NCBI GenBank assembly: GCA_001179505.1
Contig: CDMY01000466.1
Location: forward strand, 248,001-312,000
DNA: 64,000 nt
DNA from: Vitrella brassicaformis CCMP3155
Taxonomy: Eukaryota; Protista; Chromerida
Direction: 5' to 3'
A program made the translations under genes and the position numbers. Below, piece after piece: positions 1 through 11,710 of the stretch. The notes beneath the pieces were generated by a model. That model did no database searches. It was not told the origin of the DNA and saw only the letters and a list, made by a program, of their open reading frames with translations. How positions within the stretch are numbered: the first letter of the stretch is position 1; every line of letters begins with the position of its first letter.

Positions 1-3000
1 CCCGCTGATGTGTGTGGCCGTGTGGCGATATATCAGGGTCTGCGGAATACCTCCGTCAGCAGAACCGGAAACTGCGCGAAGAGCTACAGCAGCTGCAGAA
101 CCAAATGCAGCACCAGCAACCAAGTACTTTATTCAGGGAGGCACAGAGAGAGCTTCCCATTATCTTTTCCATCCATCCATCCATCTGTTAGGCGGTGCGT
201 ATGAGCGGTCCGGGTCCCACTCGCCCCGCCAGCTGCCTGTGTCCACCAAGGTACGCACGCGCACCACATTCACTCATCCACTGACATGTCTGTGTCAGTC
301 AGTATGGGTGTGTTTGTCTTGTTGTCATCCCTCCCTCCCCCCCTCCCTCCCTCACCCCTCTGTAATCCATTCAGCGTTTGCGTGAGCTGGAGGAGTCCAA
401 CGTGCAGCTGCAGAAGTCACTCAAAGAAAGAGAGGTAGGTCGGGTCGCCCCCTCACCCAAACAGACAGACAGACACGGAGTGGGCTCACCAGTGGACGTG
501 ACGTGGATGTGGGCGTCTGTGTGCGAGTTCCAGGCGACGTCTGAGGCCGAGATCAGCCAGCTCCACGTACGCCAAGTGCATCCACCACACCCACAGTACA
601 GTGGATCAATGTGGGTGTGCCGTCTGTGTCCGTCCGTCTGTCTGGTCAGGAGCGCATCTACGATTTGGAGCGCAAGGCCGACCGGGGGCTCAAGTCACAC
701 TGGATGCAGAAGGTCAGCTCAGCCAGGGGCCACCCCACCAGCGTCCAGTCCAGGTGGGTGTCATTCTACCTCACCTGTCCTCCTCATGTGGGCAGGTCAA
801 GGACGCCGCCAACGCACAGACACACAGCAACGGTCAGTCAGCAGGCAGGGAGGGAAAGAGAGAGGAACCCTCCGCACACTCACTTCACCCCCGCTCATGC
901 ATCGCCCCCCCTTCCACGTTTCTGTGTGTGTGTGTGTGTGCAGACGTGAGGTCTGCGGCGAGCCCCTCCCCTGTGCGCGACGACACCGAGCGTAAGCTGG
1001 CCGACTACGACCACATGATGGACCGGATGCGGGAGTTGGAAGGTGCACTCAGAGATGCTGAACGGGTAAGAGGCAGGCCAGGTGGGGGGATATATGGGTG
1101 AGCGAATGTCCTGTGTTGATTGATTTGTGAATGGATCGATGGCTCAGGAGAAGCGTTCGGCGGAGAGTCGTGCGGAGAGTTTGGCTCAGCGTGTGGTTCA
1201 GCAGAAGGGGGACCACGAGCGTAGCGTGGAGATGCTGCACGACAGGATAGCCGAGCTGCGCCAGCAGAACGAGGACGTCGAGGAGCGCCGGCAGGGGCTG
1301 CAGCTCCAGTGGACTAAAGACAACAGAACCATTGTGCAACTCAAGCACGAGGTACGCAGACACGCACACACCTGTTTGGTGCAACAAGAGGCATTCGTGT
1401 CGTCGTCGCGTGTTGTATGTCCCTTCTTTGGTCAGATTGAGACGCTCAAGAACCAGCTGACGACGGAGCGAAGCCTTAAAGCCGTAAGGGCAGTGCATTG
1501 ACCGAAATGTCGCCATCCGGTGGGTCAAGTCACAGACAGTGCCGTTGGTTGGTTGTGTGTCGTTCAGGACCTTCATTTCGAGGTGACCCGACACCGCGAC
1601 AGACGGCGAGAGAAATTGCAGGAAAAGTAAGGCAGCAGCAGCAGGCAGAAACCATCACCGCACCATCCAGTTTACGCGTCTGTGTGTTGCACATCACATA
1701 CCCACCATATATCAGGAAGCGTCGTGCCAGTTTGGTGCCGATGAGCAGCCACAGCTGCGGCGACATCGACGACTCCCCGCCAAAGGAGACCCCACCCCGC
1801 AACCAGCCCCGACGTCGCATGACCATGGCCGCGCCAGACATGCCGCTGCCGCTCTCCGCCGGCACCTCAGAGGACGATGCATCCAGGAGCCCACCGTCAG
1901 GCTCGCCACAGGAGCCACAACCGTTCAAGTGACTGAGTGACGCACGGAGATCTTGCAGCATCCACCTCACCTGCGGCTGTGGTGTTGTCGTGTTGCAGCA
2001 GGTTGGGTGGGGGTCGTCCGTCCCGTCTGCAGGCACTGGAGCCGCTGAGAGAGGAGGACGAAGAGGACGTCGCAGAGGAGGAGGAAGACGACGAGGACGA
2101 CCGGGCGGAGTCATCGGCGGCACCTGACGAGGCCTCCTGCACCGAGGGGGACGGGGAGGGCGAAGTAGATGGCGATGTTGGCGATGACATAGAGTCGGTC
2201 CAGCGTCTGGAGGCTGACCTGCGGGCGGTGGAGGACGAGAAAGACGCGCTTCGGCTGCAGCTGGAAAACATGGAGACGGAACTCGAAACGGAGACCAACA
2301 GACGGTCAGTCAGGGCGAGAGGGAGGGAGGGGGATCAGGTACACGTGGCTATACGTCTGCCGGTCTGTTGCGCTTGCGTGTCAGTCGCGAGGCCGAGTCT
2401 CAGGTGCAGGAGGCCCAGCTGGAGGCGCGGACGTATAGAGAGAAATCCGAAATGTCCAGGTACTTGAAACAAACGAGTGGCGCAGCCAGCAGATGAGTCC
2501 GCCAACTCTCTGGGACTTTTCTATGTGTGTGCATCCCTCCGTTCCGTGTGTCCATCGCTTGATTGACAGTGCGAGTTTGCGTACGATAACTGAGGAGCTG
2601 ACCAAGACGCGCGACGCCGCCAACAGACACAAACAAGAACTGGAGGACATTAAGTCACCCACATACACACCACACCACACCACACCATACCATGCCATCC
2701 GTCGCGTGTGTGTGTGTGTGTGTGTGTTTAGGTTGAGTATGCGTGGTCAGGAGGAGATGGACGAGCTGACGCGGGAACTGACCGAGCTCAGACAGAAGGA
2801 AAACGCATGGGAGTCAGTGAGGGAAAGACCGACAAACGTTCGAACAGCTGGTTGCACGTATCTCATCTGTCTGTCTTTCTTTCGGCCCACTCAATAGGAT
2901 GGACGTCGACACCCTCAAGGGCGAGCTACATGCCGCCAGACGCCAGGCGGCGGAGGACACCACCGCACTGCAGCAGCGGCTACAACACGCCGAGACGGAG

Positions 3001-4648
3001 AAAGCCGACCTCGCAAACAAAAAGTGCCGCCGTGCATTGCAAGCGAAGAGAGCACTCTCTCTACTCTGGTTTCTGCACCTGTGTTCGGTTGGTTGTGTGT
3101 GTGAGTTTGCAGCGGTGAGCTGTTGAGGTCTTTGGATGACTTGCGGGCGGCCAACGCACAGATGACGGAGGCCATCTCGACCGAAAGGTGTCCTGTCCCC
3201 TGACCATCCATCCATCCATGAGAGCTGTGTCTGCGTGTGACTCGTGTGTGGCACGTATGACTGGACTGGCAGGTCCACCTCGGGTCGGCTTGGGGATGCG
3301 CTGCGGGCCGTCCAGGGCCGCATACACGACTTCCAACTCAGGCAGCCACACCACACCACACCACAAGAATGCATCCCCACTCCTCATTGTTCTGTCTGTC
3401 TGCACACGTGTGCATCAGGTCGACGTGCAGCCAGTTGCGGAGCGACATCGAGGGCTCGGCCAGCCACATCAAACAAGGGCTGGCGTCGCTGCAGAGCGCC
3501 CTCGAGGAGCGTGTGGTGGCGGAGGTCGGCAGGGCACACAGACACGCCGACGCCCTCGCAACACAACTCAGCCAACGAGAGGTACTGGACGCCCGCCCTT
3601 CTCAGCTGATATGGATGGATGGATGCGGTTTATCTATCTGTCTGTCTGTCTGTCTGTGTGTCCCTGTAGGAGTATGTGCGTCGCCTGGAGTGCGAGGTGC
3701 AGGAGGCTGGCATGGCCGAGGGCAGACTCAAACAACTCGAGGAGACCAACCAAAAGGTAAGGACGAACAGACAGACAGACAGACAGACCCACACGCACCC
3801 TAACAAGGCGACACGAGCACCCATCCCATCCGGCAATCTCTGTGCTGTGTGCATCTTCTTCGTGCAGATGTTGTGTGAGTTGGAGTCGGCCAGGGGGCAG
3901 GCCGCCGAGGCCGCCGACCTCAGGGAAGAGGTATGTTCGCCAGCCAGCTCCCCGCACTCCCCGGCCCCAAACCGCCTGCTTGTCCGGGTCGTGTGCTGTG
4001 CGCCTCAGCTGTCGCGTGTCAAGAAGGAGCACGAGAAGGCCGAGGCGCAGATCGCAAAGCTCATCGGACAGCAGAACCTCGCGCAGAGAATCAAACACAC
4101 ACAAGATGTACGTGTGTATCTACGTATGCATGGGAGACACACACACACACCTATACCCCCGTGCTCGTGTGTGTGCACAATAAGCAGATGAAGAAGGAGA
4201 TCAACGTGCTGAAGGAGCAGCTGCTGAGAGAGCGGCAAGAGCGCGTCCGCTTCATGCAGGCTTACGGACAACAACCGGTCGGTATCACAACACACCACAC
4301 CACTACAACCAGTGTGACCACCACACACCTCCTTGTCTGTCTGTCTGTCTGTCTGTCTGTCAGGATGCGAGTCTGCTCAACGCCATCCGCCGTCTGGAGA
4401 AGGAGCGCAAAGAGCAGGAGGACAACAACCTCCCGCCCCCACCGCCACCCGCAGCAGCAGTCGGCATGCACTCCCCCCTCCCGCCCACCTCCCCCGACAG
4501 CACCAGCCAACTGATGCCTCCAGTGCCCTCCCACCACCACCCCAGCAACCCGGGGCCCCGGCGCGAGACCGACGCGCGTACGGGGTCGACGAGGTATAAC
4601 CTGCGGTCCAAGAGGTCACATAGCCAGGCACCCACGCCCAAGGGGTAA
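1..4648 (+). CDS. 5'-truncated multi-exon long coiled-coil protein with HMMR_C/KIF15-type C-terminal motif (possible kinesin-12-like tail)
   Basis: Many short GT-AG exons give heptad-rich E/Q/L/R sequence (e.g. RELEESNVQLQKSLKERE, LEADLRAVEDEKDALRLQLENMETELE). The spliced segment near 4050-4230 reads AKLIGQQNLAQRIKHTQD|MKKEINVLKEQL, resembling the LxGHQNxxQKI...KxE motif of HMMR/KIF15 C-termini. Ends ...YNLRSKRSHSQAPTPKG, TAA at 4646-4648. Start lies upstream of the window and no motor domain is visible. Confidence 0.7.
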
Positions 4649-5260
4649 GCGACTAGTCAGGTCACCTGACTGAGTAGATAGCTGAGCTGAGAGAGGGGGG
4701 TGGGTGGGCCACGGGATGGACGGCTGCATGGCTACGTCCGTGATAGTGAGTGTGCGTGCGGACGGCCATCTTTCTGGCTTTCATGTGTGTGAGTGTTAGT
4801 ATGAGCGTGGATTGGATTCGTGTGCGGAATTATCCGAGTGCATGTGAGGTGATGTGGGCTCGGTCACGGGGTCGGTCGGTCGGTCGGTCTGTCGGTCGGT
4901 GGTCGTGCCAGGAGCATATTCGACTGCCCTCAATAAGTCCCGTCATGTAACTGTCTCTCTGTCTACATCGACCGACGCATATCGTCAGTCAGCCACATCC
5001 CATATGGCCATTCCATCCAACACGAAAAACCACCCGCTGGCAGCACATCACATCACATGACATGACATCAGTCAGTCATCGCTAGCCAGCCAGCTGCTCA
5101 CTCACTGTGTCGCTCTGCTCTCTCCCCTCGTTTGTTTGATGTGGATGACAGCCCCAAAAACTCACCCGTGAGCTTCGGCAGGCAGATACACGTCTCTATC
5201 GAATATGAACACACATGCCCCATCTACCGGTTGAACGTTGGTTGCGCGGGCGCCATGGGC

Positions 5261-6446
5261 TCAGAAGTAGGGGAAGCCCTTGTTGGTCAGCGCCGCCTGC
5301 GTCAGGATGCCTGATATCTGAAAGCACACACACCCCACCCCAAACACCACACACCACACCACACCCAACAGACCCATACACAAACAAGATGTGAACACGT
5401 GCCCGCCCCCCTGGTACCTACCGCGAGCATAGCGAGTCGTCCGTTCTTGATTTCCTTCTTCTGCATGTCCTTGACGAACTCGGGGCTCTTGTTCTTGCAG
5501 AAGCCCAAAGGGTCGAACCCAAACTCTCCCGGCTGGCGGCCCGAACCATCGTACATCTGCACCACAGCCTGATACACACACACACACACACGCATCCCGC
5601 ATCACACAGACATGGACACCATGGTGGTGTTCATTGTTTGTCTGTGTGTCTTACGATGGTTGAGAAGATCTCAGCGAAACTGATCCAGAGGAGGATCTGT
5701 GACATGGCGCCGTACTCGACCGCCTTGTTGTGCGCCTCCAGAGACGACACCTGGTGAACCTCACCTGCACAGCAACAAACACATACGCCCATTAACAGAA
5801 ATCTCTCAGCTGCTTTTCCCTTGTGTGTGTACCGGGGAGCTTGAAGTACTCGGCGAAGATGTACCCCACTGTGGCGAGCATGCAGAGGCGGCCGTGCTTG
5901 ATCTCAGCCTCACGGGCCCACCGAAGGTCCAGCCAGTTGCTGAAGCCAAAGGGGTCAAACCCGTCGTCAGCAGCCTGCACACACACACAGACACCAACCA
6001 CACACACACACACACACGCAGAGCATGCAGCCGGCTGCATCTGCCATGTGTGTGAGGGGCTGACCATGGTGCCGTCGAGTCTGTAGGGTCGCGGCATGAA
6101 TGGGATGGATTTGCTCATCTCCTTGGGGTACTTGTCGGGGTTGCGGGACGCTATCAGGTCAAAGTCAGTCAGCTCCTCCGTCGCAGGCCGGCGAGTCAGA
6201 CCCCTTCGCAGAACACCGCTGCCCACGGGAGCAGCAGGGCCCACGAACGCACCCTGCAGCAGGGGGACTCACAGAGAAAGAAAGAGAGATGAAGATGCAC
6301 CTTCATTCCAATGTAGAAGCGGCCAGCGTGTCGTGGATCTGTCTGTCCATGGCAGGCGAAGCATGCCTGCACCTCACCTGGTCTCTGCCATCAACAGCGG
6401 CCGCAAGAGCCACAAGGGCGCAGAGTGAGCAGATCTTGAGCATCAT
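5261..6446 (-). CDS. Light-harvesting complex (chlorophyll a-binding, Lhcr/red-lineage type) protein with bipartite plastid-targeting presequence
   Basis: Exon 1 (6446-6378) encodes [23 protein letters not shown]. Exon 2 begins GAFVG (signal peptide followed by an AF motif). Core reads [46 protein letters not shown] and [40 protein letters not shown] at 5261-5263. Confidence 0.95.
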
Positions 6447-6594
6447 CTTCGCCAGATCAGGTCAAGAGCGTGGCGTGTGCACTTTGACGTGGTGTGTGCA
6501 CAAACTGCCTTCCTTCGCAATCAATTTGCCAGCTCGCAGCAGATCTATTGGCTGCCCCTTTTACGGATGACCCGTAACCACCACGAGGCTCGGG

Positions 6595-8610
6595 ATGACA
6601 TGTGGGGGGCGTGGCGTGTGCGGCTCGCCCGCCGCTCTGCCGCCCCTTCAGCGCAACCCTCTGGAGGCATCGGTTGTTAAAAGATGCTTCCGCTCTTTGC
6701 GAAGCCTGGCGCTTCTCGCATGGGGACTCGTCTACTTCGGTTCGCACCTCTGCTGCTGGGTGCTGCCCTCCACCATCTTGATGACGCTGTGGTCGTCGCG
6801 GCCCTATGACTTTCTCTTCGAGCGGCTCATCCAGACGTGGGCATGCTCCCTGACGCTGCTGAGGCTCTTCGACGTCTATGCGAGTGTCGAGCCGGGCGTG
6901 TACGAGGCCGTGAGGAGGGCCAGGGTGCGGATCATCGTGTCCAACCACCGGGCGGAGCTTGACCTGTGCAGTTTGCCCGCACTTATCGGTGGGCTGCACC
7001 CTGACAGCTGCGGGCAGCTATTCGCTATCGCCAACAGCTTCCTTGTGGAAATGGTGCGCATGGCACGCAGGAAAGGGAAAGCGAGCGGTGCCGTGCCAGT
7101 CACTGCACTGCCTCCCATGCATCCATCGTGTTGTGTGTCGTTTGTTCAGGTACCGTTCATCGGGTGGACGTATCACTATGGGGGCATTCTGTCGATATTC
7201 TACAACCAGAAGGAGCGCAACGCACGCACACTTGACAAGGCACGCATACACACACACACACACAGACATTCACACACACACACACAGACAACAAAGGAGA
7301 CTTCTTGCCTTGCCTTGCATGTCTGTCTGAACAGGTGGTTGATTTGCTCAAGAGCGGCAAGAAATCATGGTTCTTTTTCTTCCCCGAGGGCAACACATGG
7401 TCGCCAGCCAAAGCCAGGAAGGGCTCGGCCCAGCTACAGGCGCAAATCGCCAACCACACAGACAAGGAAGCGGCCGGCAGCCCCCCACAGCAGCAGCAGC
7501 AGCAGCAGAACGGCTTCCCAGCACTGCTCAACGGCAATGGCGGCAGCAACTGCGAGACCACCGACAGCAGCGCGTCTTGGGTCAGCCAGAGGAGGCGAGT
7601 GCGGGGGGGCACGGTCGAGTCGACGGCCGCTGACGGGAGTAGTGCGAGGCCTGAGGCGCCCAACCTGCTGCCGCTGTACTGGGGGTGCTATGACCGGCTG
7701 AGAGACGACCTGCCTGTGTCGGATGACGTCTGCTGGTCAGTCAGCCAAGTGACACAGCAGCAGCCCAAGAGGCCTTCCTTGCAGAAATGCATGAAGGTGT
7801 TGTGTTTGTGGTGGTGGTTGTGGTGCTGTGTTGCTGCGGCAGGTTGGAGGTGACGAGTGCGATGCCTGACGTGCCCAACAGGCTGGCGTACACGTGGCGG
7901 CCGCCATGCACCCTCCTCGGACACCCATCCTACCCCGACTACCTCATTATGCATGTCAGGTAAATCAGACACAGACAGACAGACAGACGACAGACCGCAC
8001 CCACGGGCGGAACTCATTCACAACTGTGGGTGTTAATGCTTGGCCATCCATCCATCCATCCGTGTGTCAGGTTGTGCAGTGCGTGTGACGTGTCCAGCCA
8101 CGAGTCGCTGCAGAGGATGTGGGCACGGAAGAGCCAATACCTCGACAGGCTCGCCAATGGGGACTTGCACGTGTACGATGACAGCAAGCGCCTGCAGCAA
8201 TGGACCAGACTCAGGTGCATTGCTTGCATGACATGAAGGAAACCAACACGCCACACATGCCTGTGATGCGTGTGTGTATCCGCTCCTGGATGTTGGTTTG
8301 GACGGACAGGTTTTGGACATGGTGGAACATATGGGGGCTCGGCGTCCCTCTGGCAGCGACCATCATCACCCTCGTCTACCCCCTGCTATCCCTCCTGTGG
8401 TGTGTGGTGACCTGCACCCTCCTCCTGACCGTCACATGGACGTGGACGCCCTACTACACGCCCCCCGTCAAGGCGCCATCGCCCTCGAGCACATCCCCGT
8501 CTACCCCGTCCAGCGGCGTCAAGACGTCCGCATCGCTTATCGACGCGGCAAGAGACAAGGCAGCCACCGAGAGGGGAGGACGTCCGAGGTTCTTTCCGCA
8601 GGGAGAGTGA
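6595..8610 (+). CDS. 1-acylglycerol-3-phosphate/lysophospholipid acyltransferase (PlsC superfamily, AGPAT3-5/LCLAT1-like)
   Basis: NHRAELD matches the NHxxxxD catalytic motif, VPFIGW block II, FFFPEGNT block III. MWARKSQYLD resembles the WxxKDxLL motif of the Acyltransf_C region. Hydrophobic segments near both termini. Includes a GC-AG intron at 7240-7334. Confidence 0.85.
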
Positions 8611-9509
8611 TGGGAGTGAGTGGTCGGCGGCCGGCCGATTGACGGATGGATGGATGGATGGATGCCGACGCCACCTGCGTGTGCGTGGACGCGTTTGTTG
8701 TTTGCTTTTTGGTCGTTGGTTCCTGCATGCCTGCCTGCCTGCCTGCCTTTGTGTAGAGGAGAGAGAGAGCCGGTTGGCTGGACAGACAGGATTTGCTACG
8801 TAGGCAGCTGGCTGTGTGGTGTGGTGTGGTGTGGTGTCCGTGCGTCTGTCTGTCTGTCCATGTGTGTAGTCTGTAGGCTTCATAGCTGGAGGCGTGTCGA
8901 CGGGTCGTGTATAGCTGGAGGTGTGTCGTGCGTGCGTACGTGCGGACGATGTGAAGGGACGCCGTCCACAACCCCCCCAACAAACAACCGCGAGACACAG
9001 GGGAGGGGAGGGGACACAGACGACAGGCGTGCGTGTTTGGTGTTGTGTCTTGTGTTGAATGCTCGGATACGGCCTCGTCTCTTTAGAGTGCTCCCCGTCA
9101 ACGTCGATGCCGGGAGTTGAGAGTTCACTCTCGACTCCCAGCATCATCGTGGATGGGTGGCCCCAGCTGAGAGGGGGACGGTGAAGAGCATTGCCTTGTG
9201 CCCGGATGGATGGATGGTGCATCGATTCGAGAGAGACGTCTGTATCTGTCTACCAGGACTTGGCAGATGGATGGATGGATGGATGAGACCATGTGACTGC
9301 ACTCTTCAACGCGTGACCCAATTCGTCCGTTGGTTGGCTCGTTGGTTCGGTTATCGATCACACAGTATGCACACTGTAAAGCATGTAAGCATGTCCGTCC
9401 ACACACACCCACACACACACACCGTGCGGCTGTCAACCACAACACACTTATGCAGCACACCCACTCTCTAGTCGTCTCTCTCTCTCTCGGTCCGTCCCGT
9501 CTGCATCAC

Positions 9510-10852
9510 TCACACATCGAAGAGGTAATCCAGCAGCCAGGGCAGGAAGCCCGTCACCTGCAGCCAACAAGGCGCACGCATCCACGAACACATCACATCA
9601 TACGCCTGGATGCTACGCCTCTTGTGTGGCTCAAGCTGACCTTCTTTGGCGCTGGGGGCTTGGCCAGTGCGTCGCTCGCACTGATCGAGGCGGCACCAAG
9701 CACACCGTTGGACAAACTGAGGCAGATGGAGGGATGGACGGACGGACGTGAGCCAGTGCAGGCGTGACGATTGTGGTGTGTTCTGTGTTGGGTCACTTGG
9801 TTTGTACGGCTGGAGCCTTCGACGCAAAGCGGCTCGGCGAACCGAAATAGTTGCCCTGCCATCCACAACACATCATCACACCACACTGATTCAAATTCTT
9901 CGCCCGGTATACTTACGTCTTGCCGGCCCTTGAGGACGCCGACGAAGGTCCCCCGCGCCACTAACTGGCCGTTGAACTGACAACTAACGCACACACACAC
10001 ACACCACAGAGGACGGTTGTCACTCACAGAGTCGTCCTTTGATCACTCTATGCTGTGCTGTGGTGTGGCGTGCCGACCACTGCTCGGCTAATCGGGGGTT
10101 GCGGAACCTATGAAACCAAACAGACCACAACACACAGCGCACGCGATGGTCGATGGATGCGATGCATCTGTCTGCTGACATGTGGGTGGGTCGGGTGCTA
10201 TGCTATGTCACTGACTTGATCCAGACATAGTTGCAGTCGCCCGCCGGCATCTCCGTGACCTCTATGGTGCCACACACCTGCTCCAAGCTGCTCCTGACAA
10301 GAGCCCACCCCGCCGGAAAGACACCATATACCGTCACCCAGCAGTCCTCCGTGCCCCCAATACCACCGCCAACGCCACCACCACCAGCAGCTCCCTCCCC
10401 CCTGCTGGCAGACGCCGCCTTGTTCACTGTGGGGGGCGTCACAGGCGGCGGCACGGACGGCGTCACGTACAGCGGCGGTGTGTGTGTGTGAGCAGGGGGG
10501 GAGGGGGGGATGGCAGGGCCGCTGGCGAATGGCGAGCGGGACGATGTGTGGGAGGTGGTGAGCCTGCCTGTGACGGGGTCTGCGAATGGCCGCTGGGCTG
10601 ATTCGGGGTAGCCGAGCCCGGGAGTCGGCTGCGGCACGGCGGCGAAGGAACCACCAAACGCCGGCGTCCCAGGCTGGTATGGTGGGGACAACTGTGTGAT
10701 GGAACACAACACAGAGATGGATGGACGGACGGATGTCTAATTCCCGACCGATGCATCTCTCCCGTTCGTTCCCTGCTTACGTTGGGCGCTGAGTGCGGCG
10801 GTGTGACGGGCGCGTGAGACCAAAACCGGGGAATGTCATCCTCCTCGGCCAT
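9510..10852 (-). CDS. NUP35: Nucleoporin Nup35/Nup53-like (MPPN/RRM-like domain)
   Basis: Starts MAEEDDIPRFWSHAPVTPP (ATG 10852), followed by a Pro-rich disordered region. The domain reads CWVTVYGVFPAGWALVRSSLEQVCGTIEVTEMPAGDCNYVWIK..QFNGQLVARGTFVGV, matching the Nup35 WVTVFGFP...GTI...NW.HI..NG...GV pattern. C-terminal amphipathic GFLPWLLDYLFDV* resembles Nup35 ...MEYMFGW. Confidence 0.75.
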
Positions 10853-11122
10853 CGGTCTCACAAAGGTGCTATGAGTCGCTGGGCACACACAGTAATCACA
10901 GATCTGCGTCAGCCGATACTTGCCCGTAGCAATGGAGTCCACTAATCAACTGTAGCTTGTGCTTATAAGCGGGGAACGAGCAATTTGTGCGGGAGCGATT
11001 CTGCGAGCTTAAAGGAGAAGCGAAGAAGGCGCTTGATGATGAGGAGAGATCTGCGTCGAGGAATCTGTGTGTGAAGCGGCGCCCAGCTCCCTTGAGTTGA
11101 TTCGGTCAATCCATCGGTCAGG

Positions 11123-11676
11123 ATGCTCAACCCGTTCAGCAGAGAAGGAGGTACGTACGGGTGGGTGAGAGCCGGGGATGAAAGACAGACAGCACCAGAA
11201 TGACGGCGGATGGGTGCCGAAGGAACAGAAGCAGGCAGCACCTTTGGCAGTGCATATCTGTGTGTGTGTGTTTCGTTCAGAGGGTTCTCTGAATGTGACT
11301 GGGTCATCGACAGCGTCGGCAGATCCGCTTGACGATCCCAACTTTGACCCCATCGACTACATCAACAAGAAATTCCCAAATGGTGCGCTGAATGAATACC
11401 TCACACACTATGATTGACCTATGGTTTGAGGGATGCGTGTGTGTATGTGCGTGTGTGTCCTGCCCTCATGTGATTCCCATGTGCAGAGCAGAGTTTGTCC
11501 AAGATCGATCACTTCATCGGGGAGCTGCAGGAGGAGGTCAAGTCGCTGGACCAGCAGATACTCGTGGCTGTCAGGAAGCAGGCCACGTCCAGCGCTGACA
11601 CGCAGAGGGACCTCGCCGACGTGCAGACCGCCATACAGGTAGTTAGTGTGGTGTGCACTGATTGATCATGATATAG

Positions 11677-11710
<34 letters not shown>

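Noticed and set aside
8620-9500. ORFs of 100-280 aa between the acyltransferase and NUP35
   Set aside because: Translations are dominated by microsatellite-derived residues (HTH, CVCV, DGWM). Most likely convergent 3' UTR or intergenic DNA.
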